A DNA stretch of 64,000 nucleotides. It comes from an uncultured Solirubrobacterales bacterium (GTDB taxonomy: Bacteria; Actinomycetota; Thermoleophilia; Solirubrobacterales; Solirubrobacteraceae). A program made the translations under genes and the position numbers. Numbering within the stretch: the first letter of the stretch is position 1; each line of letters starts with the position of its first letter. The notes under the pieces are model-generated. The model was not told the origin of the DNA. It made no database searches and was given only the letters and a program-made list of their open reading frames with translations. Location: NCBI GenBank assembly GCA_903821395.1, contig CAIJLJ010000099.1:497-64496 (forward strand). The letters are read 5' to 3'. Of the stretch, positions 41,971-52,088 are shown one piece after another.

Positions 41971-42863
41971 TGAAACTCGGATTCTTTACCCGCGAGGCTT
42001 TTAGTTCGATCTCACGCAACGCCGTGCCGAGCTTCGCTGCCCTGGCCTCGGTCCTCGTGACTCTGCTCGTGCTTGGCGTCTTCATCCCGATCGTTCAGGC
42101 GACAACCGGCGCAGCTAACGACGTACGCGGCCAGGTAATCGTCAACGTCTACATGAAGAGCGATGCCACGCCGGCCGACTCTCAGCGCGTCCGCTCCCAG
42201 CTCGCCCAGATTCAAGGCGTGAAGTCAATCCAGTACATCAGCAAGGACGCCGCCTACGCTCAGGAACGACGTAAGAACCCTCAGGCCTACCAGCTCCTGG
42301 GCTCGAATCCGCTGCCCGACACCCTCCGCGTCACGCCGACCAATCCTGACAACGCGCTGGCGCTCGTTAGTGCTATTCAGCCACAGACGCCGGGTGGGGG
42401 CAGGACGACGATTGATCCTTCGATCGACTCGGTCGGCTCATCGAAGGACAACACCGACAAGATCCTCACCGCCACGCGCGTAGTGAAACTGACGACCGGG
42501 CTTCTCGCCGGGTTGCTGATCGTTGCCTCGGTGCTTTTGATCTCCAACACCATTCGTCTTTCGGTCTTCTCACGCCGCCGTGAGATTCAAGTGATGAAGC
42601 TCGTAGGTGCGACAGATGGCTTCATCCGTTGGCCGTTCGTGCTTGAGGCAGTGCTTCTCGGTGCGCTCGGTGCCGTGTTGGCAATTCTGCTGCTCGGAGT
42701 GATGAAGGTTGCTCTGGTTGACCCACTGGTGAGCGATTTTGCGCTTCTATCCGCGCCGAGCACGATCAGCTTTGGGCTGCTCGTTGCCGTGCTTCTCGGC
42801 GCCGGGATCGCGGTTAGCGCGCTTGGCTCGGCGATCTCGCTGCGCCGCTTCCTGCAGGTTTAG
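41970..42863 (+). CDS. ftsX: Cell division permease FtsX
   Basis: NPLP, ISNTIRL...RRREI.VMKLVGAT..FIRWPF. Confidence 0.93.
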   Translation: MKLGFFTREAFSSISRNAVPSFAALASVLVTLLVLGVFIPIVQATTGAANDVRGQVIVNVYMKSDATPADSQRVRSQLAQIQGVKSIQYISKDAAYAQERRKNPQAYQLLGSNPLPDTLRVTPTNPDNALALVSAIQPQTPGGGRTTIDPSIDSVGSSKDNTDKILTATRVVKLTTGLLAGLLIVASVLLISNTIRLSVFSRRREIQVMKLVGATDGFIRWPFVLEAVLLGALGAVLAILLLGVMKVALVDPLVSDFALLSAPSTISFGLLVAVLLGAGIAVSALGSAISLRRFLQV

Positions 42864-42934
42864 GCCACGCGCGAGAGCGATCTGTGCTCGGCGGCCCTAC
42901 CCTTTGTCAAGCGGTTAGCTCCGCCTGATTCTCA

Positions 42935-44152
42935 ATGTCTACACGCCGCGTCGTCATAACCCTCGTTGCTGCCGCTGCCGCGGTCATCGCTGCGCTCGCA
43001 CTGCTGACGATCGGCATCTGGATCGGTGGCCGCAACGCTGATCTAGTTCCGTCGCCGCTGCGCGGCGCGTTAGTAGGTAGCGACGACCAGATAGTCGTCC
43101 GCGAGGCGCTGAACGACATCAGCGACACCTACTACCGCAAGCTACCGGCCGGGCAGCTAGCCAACGACGCCATCGGCGGTGCTGTCAAGAAGCTAAACGA
43201 CCGCTTTTCGAACTACTTCACGCCAGCGCAGTACGCGCAGTTCCAGCAGGCTCAGGCCAGTAGCTTCACCGGGATCGGCGTGACTGTCGATCGAGGTAAG
43301 CGCGGCCTGCTCGTGAGGTCGGTATACAAGGGCTCACCAGCCCACGAAGTGGGGATCTCGGTTGGTGATCAGATCATCGAAGCCAACGGCCGGTCACTCG
43401 CGGGGCTCACGACCGACCAGGCTTCGCAGTTAGTGAAGGGCCCTGCCGGAACGAAAGTGCGGCTGAAGGTTGTACACAACGGCAAAGAGCGCGTCGTGGT
43501 GGCCTCGCGCCGGCCGATCACGGTCCCCGTTGTGGCCTCGGTGATGAAGACCGTCTGCGGCAAGAAGGTTGGAATTGTCGCCCTCTCCACTTTCAGTTCG
43601 GGCGCGCACGCTGAGGTCTACGCGGCTCTTGCGAAGCTGAAGAAGCAAGGCGCGCAGGCATACATTTTTGATCTTCGAAATAACGGTGGAGGGTTGGTTG
43701 ATGAAGCTCAGCTGATCGCCAGCGCATTCCTTCCCGATGGGCCGATCGTGACAACGCGTGGGCGCAACGTCCCGTCGCGTACGCTCGATGCAACTGGGGA
43801 GCCGATCATCCCGAAAGCCCCGCTCGTCGTGCTAACCAATGGCGGAACGGCGTCGGCCTCCGAGATTGTTGCTGGTGCGTTGCAGGATCGCGGCCGGGCA
43901 ACGCTCGTCGGTGAGAAGACGTTCGGAAAAGGTGTCTTCCAAGAGGTCATCGAACTCTCAAACGGCGGAGCACTAGACATAACGGCGGGCCAGTACTTCA
44001 CGCCGAAGGGGCGAAATCTTGGTGGTCGCGGAGTCTCACAGGGGGCTGGGCTGAAGCCAGATCTGCTTGTTAAGCAGCCCAACGAGTCGACGAAGGATCT
44101 AGCGCTGTTGGCTGCGCTGGCCAAGCTCGGCGGCTGTACCCGCGTGAACTAG
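42935..44152 (+). CDS. ctpA: S41 carboxy-terminal processing protease (PDZ)
   Basis: GIG PDZ motif, DLRNNGGG, TASASE, TFGKG. Confidence 0.9.
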   Translation: MSTRRVVITLVAAAAAVIAALALLTIGIWIGGRNADLVPSPLRGALVGSDDQIVVREALNDISDTYYRKLPAGQLANDAIGGAVKKLNDRFSNYFTPAQYAQFQQAQASSFTGIGVTVDRGKRGLLVRSVYKGSPAHEVGISVGDQIIEANGRSLAGLTTDQASQLVKGPAGTKVRLKVVHNGKERVVVASRRPITVPVVASVMKTVCGKKVGIVALSTFSSGAHAEVYAALAKLKKQGAQAYIFDLRNNGGGLVDEAQLIASAFLPDGPIVTTRGRNVPSRTLDATGEPIIPKAPLVVLTNGGTASASEIVAGALQDRGRATLVGEKTFGKGVFQEVIELSNGGALDITAGQYFTPKGRNLGGRGVSQGAGLKPDLLVKQPNESTKDLALLAALAKLGGCTRVN

Positions 44153-45922
44153 GTGACGCCTCCGCCTAAGCAGGAACGCGCCGCCGGCGACCCGCAGGTC
44201 GTGCTGCTCGAGAAGCGCGGCCAATTTCTCGTTGGTCAGCCATTCTTCGAGCCTGGCCAACAGATCAGCATCGGGAAGCCGCCGGCTAAGGCGAAGGCGG
44301 GCAAGCTAGCGCTTGTAGCGACTCCTGGCGCACGCTCACGCAACGCGCGCGCAAAGGTGCTGCGGCTTTTGGGTAGTCCTGAGATTGCCCGCAACGTGGT
44401 CGAGGCGTTGATGCTTGATCGCGGTTTGCGCCGCCGCTTTCCGAAGACTGTTCTTGCGGCAGCTGAATCGGCGCGCGAGCACCCGCACCCGGAGCCCGGT
44501 CGGCGCGACCTGCGCGAGCTGACGACCTTCACGATCGACCCCTCCAGCGCGAAGGATTTTGACGACGCCATCTCGGCCGAGAAGCTGAGTGACTCGCGCA
44601 CACGCGTTTGGGTTCACATCGCGGACGTCAGCGCTTATGTGCGGCCTGGCGACCCGGTCGACCGCGAAGCGCGCCGCCGAGCGACCAGCGTTTACGTTCC
44701 CGGCGCGGTCGAGCCGATGCTGCCCGAAGCACTCTCCAACGATGCCTGTTCGCTTGTTCCTGGAGAAGACCGGCTGGCAGTAACGGCCGAGCTCGAGTTT
44801 GACGGTTCGAAGCTCGTCGCCAGCAGCTTCTACCGCTCTACGATTCGCTCCGATAAGCGGCTCAGCTACGAGGAGGTTGATCAGATCTTCACTGGCGAGC
44901 GCGAGGCGCAGACGCCGTGGGCCGAACCTCTCGTTGCTGCGCGTGAGGTTTCAGCAATGCGTGACGAGGCGCGGCGGGCAGGAGGCGCAGCGCTGGCGAT
45001 CGAGTCTGTTGAGCCCGAGTTTTCTTTCGACAAGCAGGGTCACGTTGCCGATTCGGTTGCCAGCATTCAAACCGAATCACACCGCCTGATTGAGCATCTG
45101 ATGATCGCAGCCAATGAGGCTGTCGCGACGCTCTGCATGGAGAAGGGGCTGCCGACTCTGTATCGCATCCACGAGCGCCCTGAGTCGGAGTCGGTCGAGC
45201 GGCTGCTCGACCAGCTCGCATCGCTTGGCGTAGCCACGCCAGCGACCCCTGAACACCTTTCTTCAAGCGATGCTGCAGAGGTTGTCGCAGCAGCGTCGCT
45301 GTCTGTCGACGAGCACGTAAAGCGGACAGGCGTCGCGCGGATGGGCCTTACCTATTTGGTCCTGCGCTCACTGCGCCAGGCGCGCTATTCGCCTGACAAC
45401 GCCGGCCACGCCGGGCTTGGGCTCGCGAACTACTGCCACTTCACGTCGCCGATCCGTCGCTACCCGGACCTGCTCTGCCACCGCGCGCTGCTCAGCGCCG
45501 TCGGCTGCGACGAGCAGGCGCCGCGCGCCGATGAGCTCGAAGAGATGGCTGTCTGGACCAGCGAGCGCGAGCGCGACGCGATCCGCACAGAGCGGATCGC
45601 CGACTCGGTTGCCGGAAGCTTCCTGCTTGAGCGGCGGCTAATGGAGCGTGGCCCGGACAAGCCATTTGAGGGGGAGGTGACCGGTCTGATCGGCGCCGGC
45701 ATCTTCATCAGCTTTGATGAGGGCGCGCATGAAGGTTTCTTGCCGGTACGACGAATCAAAGGCGACTGGTGGGACCTAAATGAGCACGGGACGATCATGA
45801 CCGGCAGCAAAAGCGGGTCAACGATCCGCTTCGGCGACCGCCTTCAGGTAAAGGTTGATCGGATTGACAAGGCGCGTGGCCGAGTTGATCTCGTACTCGC
45901 CGAAGACCTTCCTGCTCGCTAG
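44153..45922 (+). CDS. rnr: RNB-family exoribonuclease (compact RNase R-like)
   Basis: TIDPSSAKDFDDA, HIADVS, HFTSPIRRYPDL, C-terminal S1 domain; precedes smpB. Confidence 0.88.
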   Translation: MTPPPKQERAAGDPQVVLLEKRGQFLVGQPFFEPGQQISIGKPPAKAKAGKLALVATPGARSRNARAKVLRLLGSPEIARNVVEALMLDRGLRRRFPKTVLAAAESAREHPHPEPGRRDLRELTTFTIDPSSAKDFDDAISAEKLSDSRTRVWVHIADVSAYVRPGDPVDREARRRATSVYVPGAVEPMLPEALSNDACSLVPGEDRLAVTAELEFDGSKLVASSFYRSTIRSDKRLSYEEVDQIFTGEREAQTPWAEPLVAAREVSAMRDEARRAGGAALAIESVEPEFSFDKQGHVADSVASIQTESHRLIEHLMIAANEAVATLCMEKGLPTLYRIHERPESESVERLLDQLASLGVATPATPEHLSSSDAAEVVAAASLSVDEHVKRTGVARMGLTYLVLRSLRQARYSPDNAGHAGLGLANYCHFTSPIRRYPDLLCHRALLSAVGCDEQAPRADELEEMAVWTSERERDAIRTERIADSVAGSFLLERRLMERGPDKPFEGEVTGLIGAGIFISFDEGAHEGFLPVRRIKGDWWDLNEHGTIMTGSKSGSTIRFGDRLQVKVDRIDKARGRVDLVLAEDLPAR

Positions 45923-45933
45923 GCTCGCTGGCG

Positions 45934-46413
45934 ATGGCTAAAGCAGGCAAAAAGAAGGTCGCTCCCGGCGACGTCGCAACCAACCGTCAGGCCCGCCACC
46001 GCTACGAGATCGTCGAAAAGATCGAGTGTGGAATTGAGCTGCAAGGGACTGAGGTCAAGGCGCTACGCGAGGGCGCGGTTCAGATCAAGGATTCCTACGC
46101 CCAGGTCTGGGAAGGCGAACTGTGGCTGCACAACTGCCACATTTCGCCGTACGCGCCTGCTGCCGCCAACAATCATGAGCCCGAACGGGTCCGAAAGCTG
46201 CTCGCCAAGCGGGTCGAGATTGAGCGGCTGGCCGGCGCGCTCTCGCAGAAGGGCCTGACGCTCGTGCCTCTGCGGATCTACTTCAAGGGTCAGCACGCCA
46301 AAGTCGAGCTGGGGCTAGCCCGCGGCCGTGATCGCTTCGATAAACGGCAAGCGATCAAGGAGCGCGAAACCAAGCGCGATATGGACCGCGCCCTACGCGA
46401 AGCGAACCGCTAG
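45934..46413 (+). CDS. smpB: SsrA-binding protein
   Basis: NRQARHRY, GIELQGTEVK, RKLL, FDKRQAIK. Confidence 0.96.
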   Translation: MAKAGKKKVAPGDVATNRQARHRYEIVEKIECGIELQGTEVKALREGAVQIKDSYAQVWEGELWLHNCHISPYAPAAANNHEPERVRKLLAKRVEIERLAGALSQKGLTLVPLRIYFKGQHAKVELGLARGRDRFDKRQAIKERETKRDMDRALREANR

Positions 46414-48212
46414 TTGCCTCGCTGAGCGAGAACCTCGTCGGCGGCCGACTCTGCCTCTTCGAGCTCTGCTGCGACCAGTTCAATTCCGGACTTCCAGAAG
46501 CCTGGGTCGCTTAGATCAAGGCCCGCAATCTTCGCTAGGTCCTCCGGGCTGCGCGAGCCGCCGGCGGCGAGCATCTCAAGGTAGGCGGGCACGAATGCTT
46601 CGCCTTCTTTGAGGTACTGGCCGTAGACGGAGAGCGCGAGCAGCTGGCCGTAGGCGTACGCGTAGACGTACCCCGGGCTGCCGATGAAGTGAGGGATGTA
46701 ACTCCACCAGCAGCGATAATCCGGCGTGATCTCAACTGCGTCGCCGAGCAGGTCCTCCTGCGTCGCCTGCCAGTGCTGCGCGAAGTCCTCGACCGAAAGC
46801 TCACCTTGCTCACGGCGGTGAGTGTGAACTGCCTCTTCGAAGCGGTTCATCGCGGTTTGGCGAAAGACGGTGGCGATCGAGTTCTCAATGTTCTCTGCAA
46901 GCAGGCTGAGCCGTGACTGCGGCGTGTCGGCGGCTTCGAGCAGGCGGCGGAAGACGAGCGTCTCGCCAAAGACCGAGGCCGTCTCACAGACCGTTAGGGG
47001 AGTGTGTTGTTCGTAAACACCGCGCGGAATTGCCAGTGCCGCATGGACGCCGTGGCCAAGTTCGTGCGCCAGCGTCATTACGTCGCGTCGCGTTGCCGTC
47101 CAGTTCAGCATCACGTAGGGGTGGACGCTCGGCACGGTGTAGGCGCAGAAGGCGCCGCCGCGCTTGCCCGGTCGCGCCGGCGCGTCAATCCAGCGCTCGT
47201 CGAAGAACCTGGCTGCCAGGTCGCCGAGCTCGGGTGAGAAGTCGCCGTAGGCGTCGAGCACGATCTCCTTGCCATCGTTCCAGTCGACTTTCGCGTCATC
47301 CTGAGCGATCGCTGCGGCGCGGTCGTAGTCGGCGATCCGCTCAAGCCCGAGCAGCTTCGCCTTAAGCCGGTACCAGCGCCGTGGCAGCTCGTAGGCACCT
47401 TCGACCGCCTCGACCAGCGCCTCAACCGATTCGTCGCTGGCTTCGTTTGAGAGGTTGCGGCTTGAGAGCCAGCTTGGGTAGCTGCGCAGCCTGTCCTCGG
47501 TCGCCTTGTCCTGAAGCAGCGTGTTGAAGAGGTAGGCGCGTGTTCGCAGCCCCGGCTCGAGCGCCCGCGTGACTGCTGCCGCAGCATCACGCCTGACGTC
47601 ACGCTCCGGCGAATGGAGCAGGCTGAGCGCTTGGTCGAGCGGCACCGATTCATCCTCGTCCGGCAGGTCAACTCGGATCGCGCTGGTCAGCTCACTGAAA
47701 AGCCGTGACCAAGCGTCGCGGCCGGTAACTGACTTTTCGGCCGAGAGCTTCTCCTCGGCTTCGCTCAAGAGGTGGGGGCGGTAGCGGCGGATTGTCTGCA
47801 GGTAGTGCCGGGCGTGTTCGAGGCCGTCGGCTTGAAGCAGCTCAGCGGCGCGCGCGTCATCGACCTCGGCCCATTCCAACTCGAAGAAGACGAGCTTCGT
47901 TTCGATTCCGGTTGCGAGCTCCTGAACGCGAGCCATTAGTGCGCCGTTGGCTGGGTCTTCGGTGTCGGCGGCGAAACGCAGGTGGGCGTAGTTGCCGGCG
48001 CGGCCGACGAGATCGCTGATGATTGCCAGCTCGGCTATGGCTAGCGCCAGGCCCGGGCCATCAAGCGCACCAACCTTGCCAGCGTATGTTGCCGCCAGTG
48101 CGGCGGCGCGGCGGTCGGCGTCGGCGAGCAGTTCGTCGCATTCCGCTGGCCCGCCCCCGTCTACAAGGTCTTCGAGCTGCCAAGTGACGTCATTTACCTC
48201 TGTATCGCTCAT
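46410..48212 (-). CDS. M3B oligoendopeptidase F family
   Basis: GKRGGAFC, TLAHELGH, ETAS, WSYIPHF, YVYAYAYG. Confidence 0.93.
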   Translation of the reverse strand: MSDTEVNDVTWQLEDLVDGGGPAECDELLADADRRAAALAATYAGKVGALDGPGLALAIAELAIISDLVGRAGNYAHLRFAADTEDPANGALMARVQELATGIETKLVFFELEWAEVDDARAAELLQADGLEHARHYLQTIRRYRPHLLSEAEEKLSAEKSVTGRDAWSRLFSELTSAIRVDLPDEDESVPLDQALSLLHSPERDVRRDAAAAVTRALEPGLRTRAYLFNTLLQDKATEDRLRSYPSWLSSRNLSNEASDESVEALVEAVEGAYELPRRWYRLKAKLLGLERIADYDRAAAIAQDDAKVDWNDGKEIVLDAYGDFSPELGDLAARFFDERWIDAPARPGKRGGAFCAYTVPSVHPYVMLNWTATRRDVMTLAHELGHGVHAALAIPRGVYEQHTPLTVCETASVFGETLVFRRLLEAADTPQSRLSLLAENIENSIATVFRQTAMNRFEEAVHTHRREQGELSVEDFAQHWQATQEDLLGDAVEITPDYRCWWSYIPHFIGSPGYVYAYAYGQLLALSVYGQYLKEGEAFVPAYLEMLAAGGSRSPEDLAKIAGLDLSDPGFWKSGIELVAAELEEAESAADEVLAQRGN

Positions 48213-48304
48213 CGGGCGAGCATAAGCGCAACTGAAAATCGCTGTCGGCAGGCCTTAAGCGAGGCTCTTTTCCCCTAAATAGCGGCATCATCGCCGCGCC
48301 ACCC

Positions 48305-48333
48305 TTGACGCGGTTTGGAGCGGTCCCTATCTT
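48305..48333 (+). promoter_or_regulatory. Sigma70-type promoter TTGACG-N17-TATCTT
   Basis: Near-consensus -35 and -10 with 17-nt spacing; no credible CDS downstream on this strand. Confidence 0.75.
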
Positions 48334-48339
48334 GAATTT

Positions 48340-48472
48340 CAGACGCGGTGTCCGAGCCGCAAAGAGCGACGATCAGGGATGTAAGATCGCGCCTCCCTCA
48401 CCGGAACTGAACCCAGCAATGGGGAACGAGAAGGAGCGAGGGGTCCCGCAGTGGCTCGGCCCGCGTCGCTTT
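48340..48472 (+). ncRNA. Putative structured ncRNA, long irregular hairpin (6S RNA-like candidate)
   Basis: 5' GACGCGG..CCGAGCCGC pairs with 3' GTGGCTCGG.CCGCGTC; inner stems; apical CCCA-GCAA-TGGG; begins about 7 nt after the -10. Confidence 0.6.
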
Positions 48473-48486
48473 ACGTCCGCAGCCAG

Positions 48487-50244
48487 TTACGCCGCTGCTG
48501 ACAGCCTGGCAAGAGCGCCGTCAGAGGCGATCAGATCGCCCCAAGTACCTCGCTCTACGATCGCGCCCGCGTCGAGCACGATGATCTCGTCGAACTGATC
48601 AAGCCCTTCAACGGTGTGCGTGATTACCAGCATCGCGCGGGGGTCACTGCGCTCTGAGCCGATTGCACTCAGCAGGTCTCGCGCTCCTGCCGCATCGAGG
48701 TTGGCGGTCGGCTCGTCGAGGATCACGATCTGAGACTGCGCGATCAAGCCCCGCGCCAGCGCAATCCGTCCGCGCTGGCCGCCAGAGACCTCAGCGCCCT
48801 CCTCGCCGACCAACGTTTCGATCCCTTCTGGAAGCGACGCGATCCAAGCGCCCAGGCCGGCGCGGCTGAGCGCGGCGATGATCTGCTCGTCGCTCGCCTC
48901 GGGCGCCGCGAGGCGCACATTCTGCGCGATCGTCGTCGTGAAGAGGTAAGCCTCTTGGCTGACCAGCCGAACGGCGCTGCGCAGCGCGTCTTGGCTGAGT
49001 TCGCGGATGTCGGTGCCGCCAAGAGTGACGCGGCCGCTGCTGGGGTCGAGGAAGCGAACCGCGCAGCTAGCGAGTGTCGTCTTGCCTGCCCCGCTGGCGC
49101 CGACCAGTGCGATCCGTGAGCCGGGGGCGAGCGCAGCACTGACGTCACGCAGCGCCGCCTGCTCACGGTCATCGAACACGACGCTCACGTTCTCGAACGT
49201 CAGCGAGCCGCCTTCGGGAACTGGGACTGGAATGGGAGGATCGCTTACAGGAATGGGCGCTTCGGTCACTCGCTCGAGCCGTGCCGCGGCCTGTGCGCAG
49301 GCCGTCAGCCGCTGGGCAGCGTCGGGCAATCCGACAACGGCCTCAAAGGCGCCGATAGTGAGGAAGACAATTCCCGCTAGTAAGACGCCGTCAAGTTGCC
49401 CACTGGCGGTTGCCTGAACGCCGATCGCGGCGACCGCGACCATCGCCGCGCCCCCGATCGCTACGCCAACGCCGCTGGTGATGCCGCTGATCCAGGCTCC
49501 CGGTCGCTCGGTCGCGGCGAGCTGTGAATCGGCGCTCTCAAGTCGCTCGGCCCATTGCTGCTCGCGGCCGTAAACGGCCAGTTCGGCGGCGCCACTGACC
49601 AGCTCAACGAGTTCCGAGCTCAGCTGCGCGCGTGCCGGCGCTTCGCGAAGGCCTGAGCTGCGTCCGGCGCGCGCCGCGATCACCGGGAGCAGTAGGCCGG
49701 CAAACAGCATCGCCACGACCAGCACCGCGGCAGCTGCCGGCAGCACGATCGCCACGGCGCCGGCGAGTACGACGATCGCCAGCAGTGCGATCAGCGGCGG
49801 TCCGAGCGCCCTCAGGTAGAGGTCTTGGAGCGTGTCGACGTCGCCGACGAAGCGGCTCAGCACGTCGCCGCTGCGGATCCCGCGCAGCCCTTCTGGAACG
49901 AGTGGGATAAGGCGTTCGAAGAAGCGCACGCGAAGGTCGGCGAGCACGCGGAAGGCGAGGTCGTGTGAGACCAGTCGTTCGCAGTAGCGCAGCAGCGCCC
50001 TCGCGATCGCGAGCGCTCGCACGCCGACCGTGAAAAGTGCCAGCGTCAGGATCTGCGGCCGCAGCGCCGCCTTGCTGATTAGGACGCCAGCGACCGCGAG
50101 TAGTGCGACAGCGGCAAGGATCGCACCTGCGCCCAACACGATCGATAGAACCAGCTGGCCGCGGCGCGGGCGGACGAGCCGAGCCGCGCGTTCCAAAGCG
50201 CCCCAGCGATCTGCCTTCGACACAGGGGATTGAGTTGTGGTCAT
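48487..50244 (-). CDS. cydC: Thiol reductant/heme ABC exporter subunit CydC
   Basis: RYCERLVSHDLAFR, GDVDTLQDLYLR, GASGAGKT, VSGGQ. Confidence 0.93.
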   Translation of the reverse strand: MTTTQSPVSKADRWGALERAARLVRPRRGQLVLSIVLGAGAILAAVALLAVAGVLISKAALRPQILTLALFTVGVRALAIARALLRYCERLVSHDLAFRVLADLRVRFFERLIPLVPEGLRGIRSGDVLSRFVGDVDTLQDLYLRALGPPLIALLAIVVLAGAVAIVLPAAAAVLVVAMLFAGLLLPVIAARAGRSSGLREAPARAQLSSELVELVSGAAELAVYGREQQWAERLESADSQLAATERPGAWISGITSGVGVAIGGAAMVAVAAIGVQATASGQLDGVLLAGIVFLTIGAFEAVVGLPDAAQRLTACAQAAARLERVTEAPIPVSDPPIPVPVPEGGSLTFENVSVVFDDREQAALRDVSAALAPGSRIALVGASGAGKTTLASCAVRFLDPSSGRVTLGGTDIRELSQDALRSAVRLVSQEAYLFTTTIAQNVRLAAPEASDEQIIAALSRAGLGAWIASLPEGIETLVGEEGAEVSGGQRGRIALARGLIAQSQIVILDEPTANLDAAGARDLLSAIGSERSDPRAMLVITHTVEGLDQFDEIIVLDAGAIVERGTWGDLIASDGALARLSAAA

Positions 50245-51941
50245 CGCTCGCCCTTGCCGTCAACTATTACGCCGCCCCGAAGCGTCACGATGCGATCCGC
50301 TGCTGCCGCCAGCGCCGGCCGGTGGACGATCAAAAGGACGCTGCGCGAAACGCTCAGGCGCGCAATCGCATCACCGACGGCTGCCGATGATTCCGCGTCA
50401 AGGTGAGCGGTCGGTTCGTCGAGGATTACGAACGGGGCGTCTCGCAGGAAGGCGCGCGCTAGCGCCACGCGCTGTGTTTCACCGGCCGAGAGTGTCCGCT
50501 GGCCTTCTCCGAGTGGTGTCTCCAAGCCCTCCGGCAGTGAGTCGACCAGTCGTTCGAGCCCGGCGTCTGCGCAGGCCGCCAGCAGTGCTGTGTCGTCGGC
50601 TTCGGGCCGGCCGAGGCGGATGTTCTCGGAGAGCGTGCCGCTGAAGAGCGTTGGCCGCTGAGGTACCCACGCGAGTTGCTTGCGCCACTGCTTGGGATCT
50701 ACGTCGAGCAAGTTCACTCCGTTGCAGAGCATCCGCCCCGCGTTTGGATCGAGGAGCCGCAGGATCAGCGCCGCGACGGTGCTCTTCCCTTGCCCACTCG
50801 GCCCTACAAGAGCCAGCTGCTCGCCGGGGTCGATCGTCAGGTTGACCGACTCCAGCACAGCCTCGCCACGTCCCTCATACGCGAATCTGACCGTCTCCAG
50901 CACGACCGGTCCGTTTCGCGGGTCGGGCGATGGCAGCGGGACTGCGGGGACGCCCACGGCGGCAGGCGTGTCGAGCAGCTCAAAGCACTGCTGCGCCGCG
51001 GTCAGGCCGTCGGTGCTGGCGTGGAACTGCTGGCCGACCATCCGTATCGGCAGGTAGAGCTCCGGCGCCAGCAGCAGAACCGCTAGCGCCGTCGCAAAGT
51101 TCAGCTCCGCATTGATCAGCTGAATCGCAACAGTTGCTGCCACCAAAGCCGTGCCCATCATCGCTGCTAGCTCTAGAACGAGAGATGAGAGGAAGGCGAT
51201 TCGTAGCGTCACCATCGTTTCGCTTCGGTACTGCTCGCCGGTTTCGCGCAGCGACTCAACCTGGCGCTGGGCACGGTCGTTGGCCTTCAGCGTTTGGAGC
51301 CCCTTGACTGCGTCGAGAAAGTGCGCGCTCAGGAGCGAAAGAGTGCGCCAGCGCCGCTCCGTCGCGGTCCGAGCAGCGAGGCCAATCAGCACCATGAAGA
51401 GGGTGATGATCGGCAACGTGACGAGCAGGATTGTGCCAGCGGCAAGGTCTTGCGGGAAGACGTAGATCATGATCACGATCGGAACAACGACGGCGAGCAC
51501 CAGCTGCGGTAGATAGCGGGCGAAGTAGGCCTCAAGTGAGCTCAAACCTTGAACGGCGTTGGTAACAAGCTCGCCGGCCCGCTGGCTCCGCAGCCCAGCC
51601 GGTCGGGTATCGAGCATGTGCGCAGTCAAGCTGGCTCGCAGCTCACCAACAACGCGGCGCGCTCCGAGTCGCCCTGATGTTTCAAAGCCAAACGCGCAGA
51701 ATGCCCGCGCAGCGACAACCGCGACCAGAATCCAGAGCTCGCCGCTTACCTCGCTGAGCCCTTTCCCGCCTGGAAAGGCGCCAGCGATCACGCGTCCGAG
51801 TAGCACGGCCTGTGCGACTACGAGCAGCGAGGTGACGACGCCGAGAACGACAGCACCAAGCAGCGGCACGCGCGCCGAGCGGGTAGAGCGAAAAAGCCTT
51901 CGGTCAGCACCGCGGGGAGCGCTCTGGGCGCGCGTTGCCAA
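50241..51941 (-). CDS. cydD: Thiol reductant/heme ABC exporter subunit CydD
   Basis: YFARYLPQ, LRIAFLSS..LE, LAPELYLPIR..G.QFHA, GPSGQGKS; TTG start. Confidence 0.93.
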   Translation of the reverse strand: MATRAQSAPRGADRRLFRSTRSARVPLLGAVVLGVVTSLLVVAQAVLLGRVIAGAFPGGKGLSEVSGELWILVAVVAARAFCAFGFETSGRLGARRVVGELRASLTAHMLDTRPAGLRSQRAGELVTNAVQGLSSLEAYFARYLPQLVLAVVVPIVIMIYVFPQDLAAGTILLVTLPIITLFMVLIGLAARTATERRWRTLSLLSAHFLDAVKGLQTLKANDRAQRQVESLRETGEQYRSETMVTLRIAFLSSLVLELAAMMGTALVAATVAIQLINAELNFATALAVLLLAPELYLPIRMVGQQFHASTDGLTAAQQCFELLDTPAAVGVPAVPLPSPDPRNGPVVLETVRFAYEGRGEAVLESVNLTIDPGEQLALVGPSGQGKSTVAALILRLLDPNAGRMLCNGVNLLDVDPKQWRKQLAWVPQRPTLFSGTLSENIRLGRPEADDTALLAACADAGLERLVDSLPEGLETPLGEGQRTLSAGETQRVALARAFLRDAPFVILDEPTAHLDAESSAAVGDAIARLSVSRSVLLIVHRPALAAAADRIVTLRGGVIVDGKGER

Positions 51942-52088
51942 CTTATGCTCGGTCGCCGGGGCTTTGATCGGCGTCGGTCTTAAGCATTATTCGTAGGCCG
52001 CTCACTGCCGCGAAGATTAGCGGCGCTAGGCCAATGGCGGATACCGCTGACGCTAGACTGAGCTCTGCAGTTAGTTAGTGCATCCCTA

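Noticed and set aside
48305..48598. 97-aa ORF over the candidate ncRNA
   Set aside because: Its TTG start is the -35 hexamer, it runs antisense into cydC, and it has no protein-like features.
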